From Microbotryum violaceum (taxonomy: Eukaryota), in assembly GCA_001244265.2 (NCBI GenBank), contig CDLV01000009.1:1364001-1428000 (forward strand): 64,000 nt of DNA, read 5' to 3'. Of the stretch, positions 36,439 to 48,457 are shown piece by piece. The notes beneath the pieces are model-generated. The model was not told where the DNA came from and did not search any database. It saw only the letters and a program-made list of their open reading frames with translations. A program made the position numbers and the translations under genes. Numbering within the stretch: position 1 is the stretch's first letter; each line of letters opens with the position of its first letter.

Positions 36439-38535
36439 ATGGTATCTGACTCTGCCATTCACGCCATCTCGGGAGCCGCGGGAGGATGCGTGGCCATGTG
36501 AGTTCCTCGGTCGACCCGAGCTTGTCCGTCGAGCAGCACATCGTGTGGTCGGCGTTGTCCCGGCTGAGGCTTGCCCGTGATTCGACTCGCCCGGCGGATC
36601 GGTTCCGGCTATTGCTGGCGGCGGCCTTCCGGAGAAAGCGGACGTCGTCTCCAGAGCAGCGTCCCTGCACAAGCACAAGACGAAGCGGACAGGACGCACC
36701 TTATGCCAACTGTACTTTTCGATATGAGCCACAGACCCCAATGACGCGGGTCCTTGTCGCTTGTGGAGCTCTATGGGCCGTCGCGCAATCGGCCTACGGT
36801 GTTGCGCGGGACTTGGTTGCACTCGGATGACGTGGACGTGAGCGGCCGCTGACCTGCTGGCTCCGGTTATTGGGTTTTCATTTTCCTCCCGGCCATTGTT
36901 GCGCATTTGTGCATCATGCAGGGCCATGACCTGTAAGATTTTTTAGAGTTCTGCTCTAACCACTGAGCGCCCGTATGCTCCGAGCTCATTTGTCCTCGAC
37001 TTCTGTTAGACCCCCTCGTCAACCTGTCGACGCGTAGTCAGGTCGCTGCAAGGGAAGAGGGCCAAGTCAGTGCGAACGGTTACGATGCAAAGAGGTCTTT
37101 GCTGATACCATAAGGTATACTTGGAACCCAGAGCACTAGGGCTGCCGCTCTCAAGGTCATCAAAGAAGACGGCATTGTCGGACTGTACGATGGGCTGTCC
37201 TCGTCGCTGCTCGGAATCGCCATCACGAACGGGTGAGTAATTCCATCGACCGATAGGCGAGGTCCCAGAGTGTCAACTGACCCTGGCCGCTGTTGTATCT
37301 TTGTACCCCAGAATCTACTATCTTTTGTGAGAGATATTGCCTGAAGCTGGCGGCCGCAGTAAAGGTTTTGATTAGCTGAAGTCCTCCCCTGAGACCGGTA
37401 CAGCTTTGAGGAGACCCGCGCTTATGTCATGCGAGCGAGGAAAGACCGCAGGAAAGCTCTCTCTACCATCGAGTGCATCCTCACTTCCGCTATTGCGGGT
37501 AAGTTAACCTAGGCGAGGAGCATTGGATCGTTGGCTCATTTTTTCGACGTCTTTATAGGTGCCGCGACCTCGGTGTTTTCGAACCCCATTTGGGTCGTCA
37601 ACGTACGTTCATGTTAGACCTTATGTATTTGTGATCTCACCTCAAGTTCGAGTCGGTCTGTGTCCCCGCACCCTCGTGCAGACGCGCCAAACCGTGCGCA
37701 CGACCGTTAAGGCCAATGCCTCGCTGCCGACCTTGCAAAGCAAGAAAATCGTTGTCGAGAAAAAGCTCAATGTTCTCCAGACGATCATGCACATCATCAA
37801 CACCGATGGCTTTGGTGCTTTCTTCCACGGTCTCGGTCCGGCGCTGATCCTCGTCAGCAACCCGATACTGCAATTCACTGTAAGTTCCCTCTCGGCATAG
37901 ACCATTTAACAACACGCCGTCAGAGTCGCGGCTGAGCATACGGAACTACGGGATGTTATGCAGCTTTTCGAACAACTCAAGAACATCATCTTGGCCCGTC
38001 GGGCGATCCGGCTCGCCAAAGGAGCCGACGCTTCGCCTTTGACCGATCTTGACTTCTTCTTGCTCGGGGCTGTGTCGAAGCTCTTCGCTACGTCTGTGAC
38101 CTACCCTTGTATGTTATTTTGGTGTGGTACAACATGTTTTCGTCACGGCCTTGTTAACCGGAACATCCCTGCTACGCTCCGTTCCATCCAGACCTAACGG
38201 TAAAGGCCCGGATGCAAGCTGGCCACGCCGAGGGTCGCTCGTACACGTCGTCGTTCGATGGCTTGAGAAAGATCATTAAAAAGGATGGTGTGGCCGGGCT
38301 GTACCAAGGTGTTGCTCCCAAGCTTATCCAATCTGTAACAACCGTACGTCGGATAGCCGGGGCCGAGTCGACGCGCTCTTCTTGCAACGAACATGCTGAT
38401 GAACCTGACCGTTCCTTCTTCTTTCCCTTACTGCCTCCCGCTCTTGTGACGCATTAGGCCGCCATTCTGTTTCTGGCCAAGGAGAAAATTTATCAAGCCA
38501 GTGTCAAGGCGCTGTCAACTGTGTCCAAGGTTTAG
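36439..38535 (+). CDS. Peroxisomal mitochondrial-carrier-family transporter (PMP47/PMP34-like)
   Basis: MVSDSAIHAISGAAGGCVAMAMTYPLVNLSTRSQV; GIVGLYDGLSSSLLGIAITNGIYYLFFEETR; NPIWVVNTRQT; GLGPALILVSNPILQFT; TYP..TVKARMQ; GLYQGVAPKLIQSV. Three carrier repeats. Confidence 0.9.
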
Positions 38536-38599
38536 AGTGAGAGTGATCACCCTCTCACCACAGCACCAGTGCTCACCAACGAATTCTTTAGAGACTTGA

Positions 38600-39200
38600 C
38601 TTTGTTGGCGCGCGAGCCCGAAACGTGTCTTGGCTTCCGCATGTCTCTGTTCGGCGTCCCTCCCCCCCTCGTTGTCCGTGTATCCCTTGTTGCTGTGCCG
38701 CGTTGGCCCTCTCATCAATTGTCTAATGCAAAATACCTTGATGATAAATCTTGCATAGAATGCCTTGATGCCCCAAATGTCCATCTCCAACAAAGAGTAC
38801 CCTTCGGTACCGCCAGCCAGTGTATTCCCCCCCCTCAACTTCCTTCTCTTCGGAATACACGGAGGACCAATGATAGGAGGGCTGAGCCGGAGATAGGGGC
38901 TCAAGACGAGGCGCGCCGAGAGACGAGTCCAGAGATGTTCCAGGGACTTCTCAAGAGAGACGAGGACCAGTGAAGAGAGACGACTCGGAGGACGGGGGAG
39001 GAGAGTAGAATTGAGTTGCAGAAAAGGAAGACGGAACCGAGTTACAGAACTCAGGAGCTAGGTCGAAACACCCTAAGGAGAGGTCTTAGAGCGAAAGTCC
39101 GAGAGGCGAACAGAACTCAGGAGCTAGGTCGCAGAGGCGGAAAATACCCTGAGGAGAGGTCTTAGAGCGAAAGCCCGAGAGGCGAAAGCGAATGTCCGTG
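38600..39200 (-). mobile_element. Possible decayed non-LTR element debris, including a ~66-77-bp tandem duplication at 39043-39187
   Basis: ACAGAACTCAGGAGCTAGGTCG...GGAGAGGTCTTAGAGCGAAAG.CCGAGAGGCGAA occurs twice. The minus-strand peptide GGTEGYSLLEMDIWGIKAFYARFIIK loosely resembles the LINE post-RT GGLGL..D....A motif. Confidence 0.3.
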
Positions 39201-39451
39201 AGTTGAGAGCGAGGGTCTGAGAGCCGAAAGCATAGCATGGAAGAGCAAGAGGGAAAGGGGCAGACCCGGGAATGGCGCGCCCGGAGTCCAGATTCGGCAG
39301 TTACGAAATCCAGCTCTTGACACCGGTGTCGACTCGGAGGATCGTGGCGCCTCCTGTCCTCTCCCTTGAACCATGCATCAAGGCCGCCCATTTTCAGTCG
39401 TTACTATTCTCCTCATCCAAGCTCATCCCCCAAGAACCTATCCCATATCCC

Positions 39452-40222
39452 ATGCTGCTCCTATAGTCGCGTTTGACCGCGCTCGCTCTCGCCGCGACGG
39501 GTGGTTCCGTCTCGGCCTCGCCCCTGAAGGCCCTCGACAACGGCCTGAGCATCGCGCCGGCCTCTCGCACCGAACAAGTCATCAACTTCAACAAGCGAAG
39601 CGAAACATCTCCGTTCCAACCACCTTCGACGACATTCACTGCTCGATTCTGATCAGAGACGTCTCCGATTCCACGGCCGCCCGGGCCCGCCCCCGCCATC
39701 AGTCTTCTTTCGACAGGCAAGACGTACCCCCGGTCGACATGGTCCCTTTCAAGTGGGACCTGCTTGAATCTCTAGAACAAGCCAATCTTTGTGTATCCTA
39801 CTACGGGGCTGTCACTTCGATACCTGGTGAGCCTGTTCCGATGCCTCCCAGAGAAGATCGAAAGGCCGCTGCGACCCCTGAACCAAATGGGGAATCCTCT
39901 GCCTAACTTAACGCTATTCGGACTTGATGCTCACTTTATGCTACAGTGTGTACCAATTTCAACATGTCGCTATCCAATCGACACAACGGCTTCGTCATTC
40001 GGGTCGCCGACGCCATACCCTGGAAGGACGTCACCGGTTACGAAGGAATGAATGCAAGAGTCTCACCGCATGTACCTCCAACCTCCTTCTTAACGAGGCT
40101 TGATCAACTGTCAGCTTTTCCCCCACAGAGTCCTTTACTTCGGCTTCTCACCGAGCCATTACAGAAATGATTCCGGTGTATACGGGGCAGCCTCCCAATC
40201 CTTCATCATCCAGAACAAGTAG
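39452..40222 (+). pseudogene. Small secreted-protein pseudogene, copy A
   Basis: Signal-peptide-like MLLL*SRLTALALAATGGSVSASPL with TAG at codon 5 (TGG in copy B) and later frameshifts. Ends GVYGAASQSFIIQNK*. Confidence 0.6.
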
Positions 40223-40432
40223 AAGTAGAGGAGCGCCTGTACCCGGGCAGACCACAAAAGGCGTCCCTGTACTACCATTTTCTTCGTCGACGAGCAAATC
40301 TTCAAGTATACATTACAACAGGCTGTTCATCATACACACCCATATATACTTTTTTTGGCTGTTCATCTCAAGGTACATCGTTTCTCCCGTCATGGAGGCA
40401 ATGATGATGACGACGACGCGGGTGAACTCCCT

Positions 40433-41953
40433 TCACTTCCTCTGTCGTTTCTTCAACCTTTCCAAAGTCTATTTGCCCGTACCAAAGGACAACCCAAGAT
40501 CAGCAAGGACATATGAGCATAACGCAGAAATGGTTGCCACGCACCTGGTCATCCGTTGCCTTCTCCCTTCGCATGGGTCGATTCGCATTTGCATTTCCGT
40601 TGGCATTGGCGCCCCCCGCCGCGCCTTGCTTCTTCTTGTCCTTGTCCTCTGGTGCGCCGAAGCGGCCGTACATGACCCGCTTGGCCTTTTCCAACGCGTC
40701 CGCTTCAGAGTCTATCGGTTTGTGAGGTCGAAAAACTGTTGCACACATGTCAGAAGAAGAAGAGTAAGTCAGTCAGCTTCGAAAACGGGACCTGTCAGGA
40801 CGAGACTTACATCGTTCGGCGGCGAATGCCTCTTGTTCAACTTTTGGGGCGTGACGACGCTTCTCGAAGAGTGCGCGTTTGGCCTTCTCAGTCTCTTCAA
40901 TGTTTTTGAGCTTGGTGCTGTCGATGGAGAAGCGATGGGCAAGTCAGTTTCGTGGCCCACCCGAGTCAAGGCAGTAGGGAGGTGCAGTTGGAAAGCGGAG
41001 CAACTCAACTCGATACCCAGGTCAACCTCGGGGATCGCGGTCAGCATCGTCGCCGAGAGCTGCAAGTTGCCATCCTCCTTCTCCTCCTTCTTCTCAATCC
41101 GATACCGCTCCGCGATCTGGTACAACTCGTCCCTCGGGTCCAACGCGCGGGTCGACAAGTCGGCACCTGCGAGCGCGTCGGCCGAGTCTGCGCCTCCGGA
41201 CTTGCGCTTGCGCAGTTCTTCCTCGATGTAGGCCATCATGTGCTTGTCGACGTCGATCGTGTTGGTTTGACCAGTGAAGTTGTTGTTGGTCACGAGCCGT
41301 CTTGTCATCTTGCTCGGGTCGTTCGGATCCCTGCAGTCGAAGAAGATGACCACTCGATGGCCACGATCAGTCTACACTCGTTCGAGACCGCAATTCGGGG
41401 AGAGGTTACGACCACTCACAGGTCGTCCGCGCCGTCCCTGACTCGATCCTTGTGCTGTATACCCCCGTGCAACCCCTCAATCATGCCATCCTCGTTGATC
41501 CGTTCGCTGGGATCAGCTCCGGTCGGATCGTCTCTGTTGGCTTTGGGTTTGCGCTTCTTCTGCCCAGCGTTCAATCGATCGAGATCAATGCCTCCCGTTG
41601 CTCTTTTGAGTTTGCGCAAGGCGATGAGATCCTCCAATGTCGCACTGTCGTCGTGGCAGGAGATTGATCACCAGTGAAGGGGGCGGAGCGGAGGGGGGTT
41701 CAAGTAGGTCAGCGAGAGCTTGTTCCTACGGCATACCGCTTCCTTCAGGCAGGATATGATGATTACGGCCTCTAAGATCATGCACTACTGACCCAATCCC
41801 CGTATCATCCTCCGCTGCGGGCCTCGACTGCTCGCCCTGACCGACGTCCCCACTCGTCGACGGCTGCGAGCGATCCAACAAGCTGCCCACGCCTAACGCC
41901 TCGTGCACTCGCTCCTTCGCAACACCTTGGGGTCGTCCCTTCTTCTTGAACAT
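40433..41953 (-). CDS. TLS1: C9orf78/Tls1 family splicing-associated protein (Hep_59 domain)
   Basis: MFKKKGRP; LEDLIALRKLKRATGGIDLDRLNAG; NNFTGQTNTIDVDKHMMAYIEEELRKRK; LSATMLTAIPEVDLGI; RREKATDDQ/TLERLKKRQRK*. Confidence 0.9.
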
Positions 41954-42428
41954 CGTCCTCGATCGGCTGCGGTGGCGATGGGCGTTGGGGTGGGGAGGGA
42001 GTCGCTCGAACCTGGGGTGGGAAGGACTGAAGCGCGTGTCCGGCCTTTTCCGGCGGGCGACTCGACGTGATCTATTAGTCCGCGTGTCAATACGGCCTGA
42101 AGGTTATTTTGCCGATTCTTCGCGTTTCGAAATTGAGTCTCTTGCCAGCTTGTGAAGGTGAATCCTCGCGAGTGATACTTGGCCTTGGAAATTTTCAAGT
42201 GAATGGGCTGATTGCAGGAGACGACTTAGTTGTTGCCACTGTAACCCCGTCATCCGCCGCGGCCGCCGTCGAGCGTGGACGATTCACCGTCCACAGATGG
42301 ATGGCGAGAGAGAGCTTTCACTCTCAGTGTTTAGTCTAAACGGAAGCAAGTGCGCTTGCAGGATTGGGACAATATAGTCCTTGCTATCCCCATCCTAGCC
42401 CACCCGCCAAGAACCCTTCCTTCTTACA

Positions 42429-43165
42429 ATGATGCTGCTCCTATGGTCGCGTTTGTCCGCGCTCGCTTTCATGGCGACGTCTCGCCCTCGCCCTGAAGGC
42501 CGTCGACAACGGCCTGAGCCTCCAGCCCGCCTCTAGCAAAGAACAAGTCACCAATTTCACGAAGCGAAACATCTTCGCTTCACCCACGCTCGACTTCATT
42601 CACCCCTCGATTCTGACCAGAGATGTCTCCGATTCCTACCGTCCCATCCCTCCCGCCATGCGTCTTCTTTCGAGAGGCAAGACGTACCACCCGGGCAATA
42701 CAGTCGCTTTCAAGAAGCACCTGCCTGAATCTCTAGAACAAGCCGATCTTTGTGTAGGTTACTATGGGGCCGTCACTTCGATACCTGGTGAGCCTGTTCC
42801 GATGCCTCCCAGAGAAGGTCAAAAGGCGCCTGCGACCCCTGAACCAAAGGGGGAATCCTCTGTCTAACTTGAAGCTATTCGGACCTTTCAACATGTCGCT
42901 ATCCAGTCGACACAACGGCTTCGTCATTCGGGTCGCCGACGCCATACCCTGGAAGGACGTCACCGGTTACGAAGGAATAAATGCAAGAGTCTCACCGCAT
43001 GTACCTCCAACCTCCTTTTTAACGAGGTTTGGTCAACTGACAGCTTGTCCCCCACAGAGCACAGAGCACAGAGTCCTTTACTTCGGCTTCTCACCGAGCC
43101 ATCACAGAAATGATCCCGGCGTATACGGGGCAGCCTCCCAATCCTTCACCATCCAGAGCAAGTAG
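42429..43165 (+). pseudogene. Small secreted-protein pseudogene, copy B
   Basis: Collinear paralog of 39452-40222. A ~10-nt deletion in the signal-peptide region frameshifts it. The downstream frame reads GKTYHPGNTVAFK..EQADLCVGYYGAVTSIP..FNMSL..GVYGAASQSFTIQSK*. Confidence 0.6.
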
Positions 43166-43366
43166 GAGTAGAGGAGCGCCTGTACCCGAGCAGACCATCA
43201 AGGGCGTCCCTGTACTACCAAGGGTCAGAAAGGGGAGGGTCAGAACCGAGAAACCGAGACCGAGAACGAGAACGAAACACTGACGTCAACTAAGCTATCC
43301 GGCCCTTGATATCAGTGTAAGGTCTACTAACACCTTCAACACTCCCGACGGGATCCCGAGTAACAC

Positions 43367-43637
43367 ATGTACCACTACCAACAGTTCCTCCATCGTTTCC
43401 CGATTCCTTATGTATTATCTTCAATCTTCCTTTCATTCGTCTCTGGGAGGGAGCAACTGTGGGTGAGGGGGACTTCAACAACTCGGATGTATCGGGTTAG
43501 TCTGTTCTGCTAGTTACAACGCATCGAGCGGCGGTTGTGGTCATCATCGTGTATACTGGGCAGCATCTCTTTTGGTTCCGTAGGGGGTTTTCTCGTCTTG
43601 CAAATTAGCGATGAATCTCTTACAAAAAAAAAACAGC
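43367..43637 (+). repeat. ~260-bp repeat copy ending in a poly(A) tract; inverted relative to 44455-44719
   Basis: Near-identical to the reverse complement of 44455-44719. Ends TACAAAAAAAAAAC. Confidence 0.85.
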
Positions 43638-43863
43638 TCCCCGGCCTTCACTATCCAGAAGAATCGGGCCACCAGAAGTGCTCCTCTGTTTACTTCTTTC
43701 CCTGCGTCAAGGAGCACATACTTTTTCTTTTTTGATTGTACATCATAGCATCGCAAACTATTCAGATCACACCCACACATTTTCTTTTGGTTGCTGTTCT
43801 CTTCAAGTTCCCTATTTTCACCCATCATGGATGCACTGAAGACGACGACGCGAGTGGACTCCC

Positions 43864-44190
43864 TTCACTCCCTTTCTCGTTTCTTCCCTCTTTCCAAAGC
43901 CTGTTTACCCGTTCCGAAAGACACTCAAGATCAACAAGGGGAAATGAGCAGAACACAAGACACGGCGGCCCCACTGCACCTGGTCATTCGTTGCCTTCTC
44001 CCTTCGCATCGGTCGATTCGCATTCGCATTTCCGATGGCGCCCCCCGCCGCGCCTTGCTTCTTTTTGTTCCCGTCCTCTGGTGCGCCGAAGCAGCTGTAC
44101 ATGACCCGCTTGACCCTTCCCAACGCGTCCGATTCAGAGTCGATCGGTTTGTAAGGTCGAAAGGCTATTGCACACAATGTCCGCATCAGA
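43864..44190 (-). pseudogene. Truncated duplicate of the last two exons of TLS1
   Basis: FRPYKPIDSESDALGRVKRVMYSCFGAPEDGNKKKQGAAGG..RREKATNDQ, intron, then ALERGKKRERE*. Matches 40433-40750; the 5' exons are absent. Confidence 0.85.
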
Positions 44191-44454
44191 AGACGGAAAT
44201 AGATTCATGTTTAACTCGACCTCGACTCCGGCCTAGCCCGCGAAACTCTGCGTAGGTCTACGCGTCCACTGCAAGGGTTGTTTCCCGGGGTTAGCTCGGT
44301 AACCACCACCCTATCCCCGTTCGGTGCGACGGGTCGGTGCGCCGTCAAGAGATGTTTGGAATTCCTTATGAGGGTGCGAGGGGTCTGTAAGGGGATGCCT
44401 TACAGGAACAGCCCTATAAGTAGCTTCTGAGTAGCTAGAACTGTCGAGTTATCG

Positions 44455-45160
44455 TTTTGTCTTGTATGAAACTCATTGCTGATTTGCAAGACGAGAAAAC
44501 CCCTTACGAAACTAAAGGAGATGCTGCCCAGTATGCACGATGATGACCACAACCGCCGCTCGATGCGTTGTAACTAGCAGAACAGACCAACCCGATACCG
44601 AGTTGTTGAAGTCCCCCTCACCCACAGTTGCTCCCTCCCAGAGACGAATGAAAGGAAGATTGAAGATAATACATAAGGAATCGGGAAACGATGGAGGAAC
44701 TGTTGGTAGTGGTACATGTACAGACGAATCCAATCATAGTTGTACAGTTGTACCTTCTTCGATCTGTTGACTTCAGACCCCCCCCCCCCCGGAGACCGCC
44801 ATACTCCTTGAAGCCCCTTAATTCTTTGACACGCGTCGAACAAAGCCTCCGATGGCACAAACATCCCTCTCAATCCAGATAATTCACGTGGTACAAAGGG
44901 GGAATGTGATCCCCTGTGACCGCAGCAATCACATACCCCTTGTATCCAACTGCGCTGGATCTGCACGGCGGATTCCAAACCCCTTTTCGGCTACCAACTT
45001 TGTCGGCGCCCCCCTCGCGATCGCGACCGCACGACCCCAGTTACGACTTGCTTTCAGACTAGCTGTCAAGAACGACAGATTGTGTTTTGTGCACATCAGA
45101 GGCGCATATCTTACAGGGTCGGCGCTTTCCCTCATAAATACAGTGCAGAGGCACCTGTGA
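44455..45160 (-). mobile_element. Probable decayed LINE 3' end (contains the inverted copy of 43367-43637)
   Basis: The shared 260-bp repeat ends in an A-rich tail on the minus strand. Upstream broken peptides RCLCTVFMRES..MCTK and IIWIERD loosely resemble the C-terminal zinc finger and IW.ERN motif of L1-type ORF2. Confidence 0.4.
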
Positions 45161-45508
45161 TTCGATCACGTTCGCGTTCGCATTGGCGTCGGAAAGCGCG
45201 CTTAATAGCGATGAGGCCGATGAGGCGCTAAAGGGCACGACGGATGACGTGCGGAACGAGGGTGACGTTTCAGATTTTCCGAAGCCGATGAGCTAGCACT
45301 ACCAAAGCGGACAATTGAATTTATGGATTTTATAGGTGATTGTCCAAATCCAACAGACAAAAAGACCTTTACTGGTAAAAACCCTCTCTCAAACCCCACT
45401 AGGAAACATGGACCGAGGCATTACACGCAACAATGGCGGCCTGAGGTAGCGGCCACTGCTTTTACACGTCCCACAATCCGTTCCAGTCGTCTTCGACGGC
45501 GAAGCAGT

Positions 45509-46240
45509 CTAGGCCTTGATGGTGTCGATGACGCGCCTTGCGGTGTTCGTGGGAGCTTGTCCGAGTCGCATGAGAGGGAAGAGGGCCGGGGTCGTACTAG
45601 GAGAGGGGAGGAGGGAGAGGGTGGGTGCCCGGGCAACCATCAGTGAGATCGATCATTGGTGATCGTCATCTTGACGTGATCGTCCCCCCGAGTATTGTTG
45701 AGCCCTCGACGTATTTCTTCGTCGCACTCACCTTCCGAACTTGAACATGCACTCGGGAGCCCGCACGCATTGTTGTGACAGCGAATCACCGCCGTCTCAG
45801 CTCCTGGACCATCGCATAAGTTCAAGATTCCGACAGTCCGCCAACTTGTTCTGATAAGCTGTACAAGTGTTGCTATAAAATGGGATATGGTAAGGATAGG
45901 ATAGTGCGGGTCGGAGGTGTCGGTCAGGGTTTTCACACGGCTATTAGGAACGGCCTACTTGAGACACCCGAGGTTTTGCTTGTCCACGTCTTGGTTGCCC
46001 CACTCTGCCCGGCGATAAGCACACGCCATTGGGCTACCGATTGGAGTGGGATGACTATGAGTAAGATAATGGTGCTCTGGGTTGAATGAGGACGCTTGAG
46101 TGACGATGTGAAATAGGGCATGACGGAGGTGGGGCTCGGAAAGGAGACGCTTCACTGCCCGTGGGACTTACTTGGGCTTGCAATTTCCTTGAGCGCATGC
46201 GCTCAGGTAGGCGAAAGCGAACGAGCTTGAGATGATGCAT
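45509..46240 (-). pseudogene. Possible small cysteine-rich (secreted?) protein gene, disrupted
   Basis: TATAAA at ~46394-46399 (minus strand), a CT-rich leader, ATG 46240, and three GT-AG intron-like gaps. Cys-rich frames (ACAQGNCKP, LGCL, NTCTAY..DCRN, QQCVRAPECM) are interrupted by a frameshift and a TGA. Confidence 0.3.
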
Positions 46241-46855
46241 CGGTTGGATGTGGTGCAGTGCGTGTACGGCACGACAAGAGGAAGGACGGGGAAGGGTAAG
46301 AACGAGAGGGGAAGAAGGCAGTGCGAAATGAGAATTCGAGAAGTGAAAAGTGGAGATACGGTCTTTGTTCGGCGCGATTCCTTAAGAGAAGCCTTTATAA
46401 AGCGGCCCGGGTTGGGCATTGGTTCGGCCGAGAGACCGATGTCCTTGACTTTGTGATAGATGTTCTGGTAGAGGGGATCATCTGGTCGTCATAAACCCGG
46501 ATCGCGGTATCATGAGCACGTGTGCCGATACAGGAGCACTCTCGAGCACATCCTTCCGGAGTGCCCGCCGGCAAGTCGTCCACATCTCATGTTCCCCGCT
46601 TGGACTGCAACGTCTTTCGTACAGACTTCTATCGGGCATCTCCGTTCGAAAACGTGATGGTCCCGTTTCATCCGTTTTCCGCATGCCGATCGAAGATGAT
46701 GACCAGAGGAAGCAAACGAAATTGCAATGCGAACAAGGTGAAGAAACTACAGCAATACAGAAAACGCCCGAAGAAGCTCGCAGGTGAGGTCGCCTCTCGC
46801 AAACTCGCGAACCCTCTCCAAACAGGACACCCGAGTTCCTATCCAACGAAAATAA

Positions 46856-48197
46856 TCAAAACCGAACCTTCCTCTTCCTAGCCGTATACTTTGAATCCCT
46901 CGGTACATCCGCCTTGCCTCGTTTGCGATACAACTCCTTCTTCCGTAAGATCCAATCCAAATTCTTCACCACACCTCCCTTCCTTCCCTTCCCACGGGAC
47001 TTGATCTTGAGGCGTTGACGTTGTTGTTCGAAGCCCACGCAGGAGGGGGTCTCGTCTGTTAGGGGTTCGGGCATCGCCGGTTTCGGTCCGGAGATAGGTT
47101 GGCCCGCGAAGAGGATGAGGTAGAATTTCTTTCTGTAAGGAGGCGCAAGGGTGGACGGGGTCAGTCTCAGGCATCCGTATTGACATAGGTTGTGAGTCTT
47201 GAGGGGCTGTACAACTTTTTGGACGAGTTGGGCTGTATTTGATAAAGAGATGGGGATGTGAACGAGGATCAGCGACGTAGTCTTTTCGTTTATTGTCCTA
47301 CAAAGCACTTTGCTCGCACTCACGTAATCCACACAAAGTCCTCCTCCGAACCCAGCCTTTGTCGCATACCCCATAATAAAGCTCGCCTGCTCGTCCGACT
47401 CGGGGTAGAATTGAAATACGGCTCGAGCACCTTTCTTGAGACACCCGAAAAGGTCGGTGAAGAAGCGAAGGAGACGCTGGGAAGGGGAATGGGATGTCGC
47501 GTCGGCGTTGCAGAGCCATTGCAGGACGGAGACGCTGGGGAAGGGAAGGTGGGAGTTAGGTGGGGTTCGTAGGGGAGGTGTTGGGGTGGGTGGGCAGGAC
47601 ATACGAGATCGCGCCGTCGAAGGAAGCGGGTCGGAAGGGAATTCCTTGACCGATGTCCGCGAGGAAGAGGTCCCCTTCGACTTCACGCTCTAAAGCGACC
47701 TCTGGGAGAGGTGAAAGGATGAAACGGATGAGTCGAATGTTTCTCGAGTCCAATCGCCCTAGGTTGTGTATGGCCTCGCCGACTTCTCCCACAAGTCCAG
47801 TCCACTTCCTCCAAGATCACACCCCGGGTTCGCACTTACCCAACATACCCCCACTGACATCCATCCCAACCCAATGATGTCCCTCCTCCGTCAAGATCTC
47901 GCCCGACAACCCCGATCCAGCTCCAATATCGAGCAAGTAAGCCTGCTTAGGAACGCTAGAAGGTTCGCCTTCTTCGTCAAAGTGTTCTTCGGTTGGACTA
48001 TGAACGTAGGAAGAACGGGTAAGCTCTTTCTTTCTTCGATGTTGGTGGAATGTGCGGTCTTACAGATCCAACAGTTCCAAACAACGATAAGTCATCTCGG
48101 CCTGGATCGATTGCACACGCGAGTTGGACGTGTACTTTTGCGCCTCCAAAGGGTTGTAGAACACCTCTGGGGGGGCGATGTGTTCGGGTCGCGACAT
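46856..48197 (-). CDS. BUD23: 18S rRNA guanine-N7 methyltransferase Bud23
   Basis: [98 protein letters not shown]. Confidence 0.96.
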
Positions 48198-48457
48198 GGT
48201 GAAGGGGGGTTGATGCGGTTCAAGTTAGTGTAGAAAGGGAAGAGAAGCTAGATCTACAAGGAGGTCACATTACGGGCTCTTTGTCTCTGTCTATCTCGCG
48301 CGCGCGCCGCGTGACAGCGCGTGACGATGACCTTAGCCTAGCTTGTCATCATTAGCTTGCGAAGTGCGGAGCTGTTGGCCTTTCGCACGCCGATCACCCC
48401 ATACATCGGCCGCTCAAGAGCCTACCGAAGAGGCTGCACCCACCACCACCCTTCATA

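Noticed and set aside
36498-36921. TPP riboswitch or snoRNA in the long carrier-gene intron
   Set aside because: The TPP aptamer core motifs and a well-placed C/D box pair were not recognisable.
44385-44437. Hairpin CTGTAAGG-GGATG-CCTTACAG as a Helitron 3' end explaining the gene-fragment duplication
   Set aside because: No CTRR terminus at the expected spacing, and no 5' TC end or Rep/helicase remnant identified.
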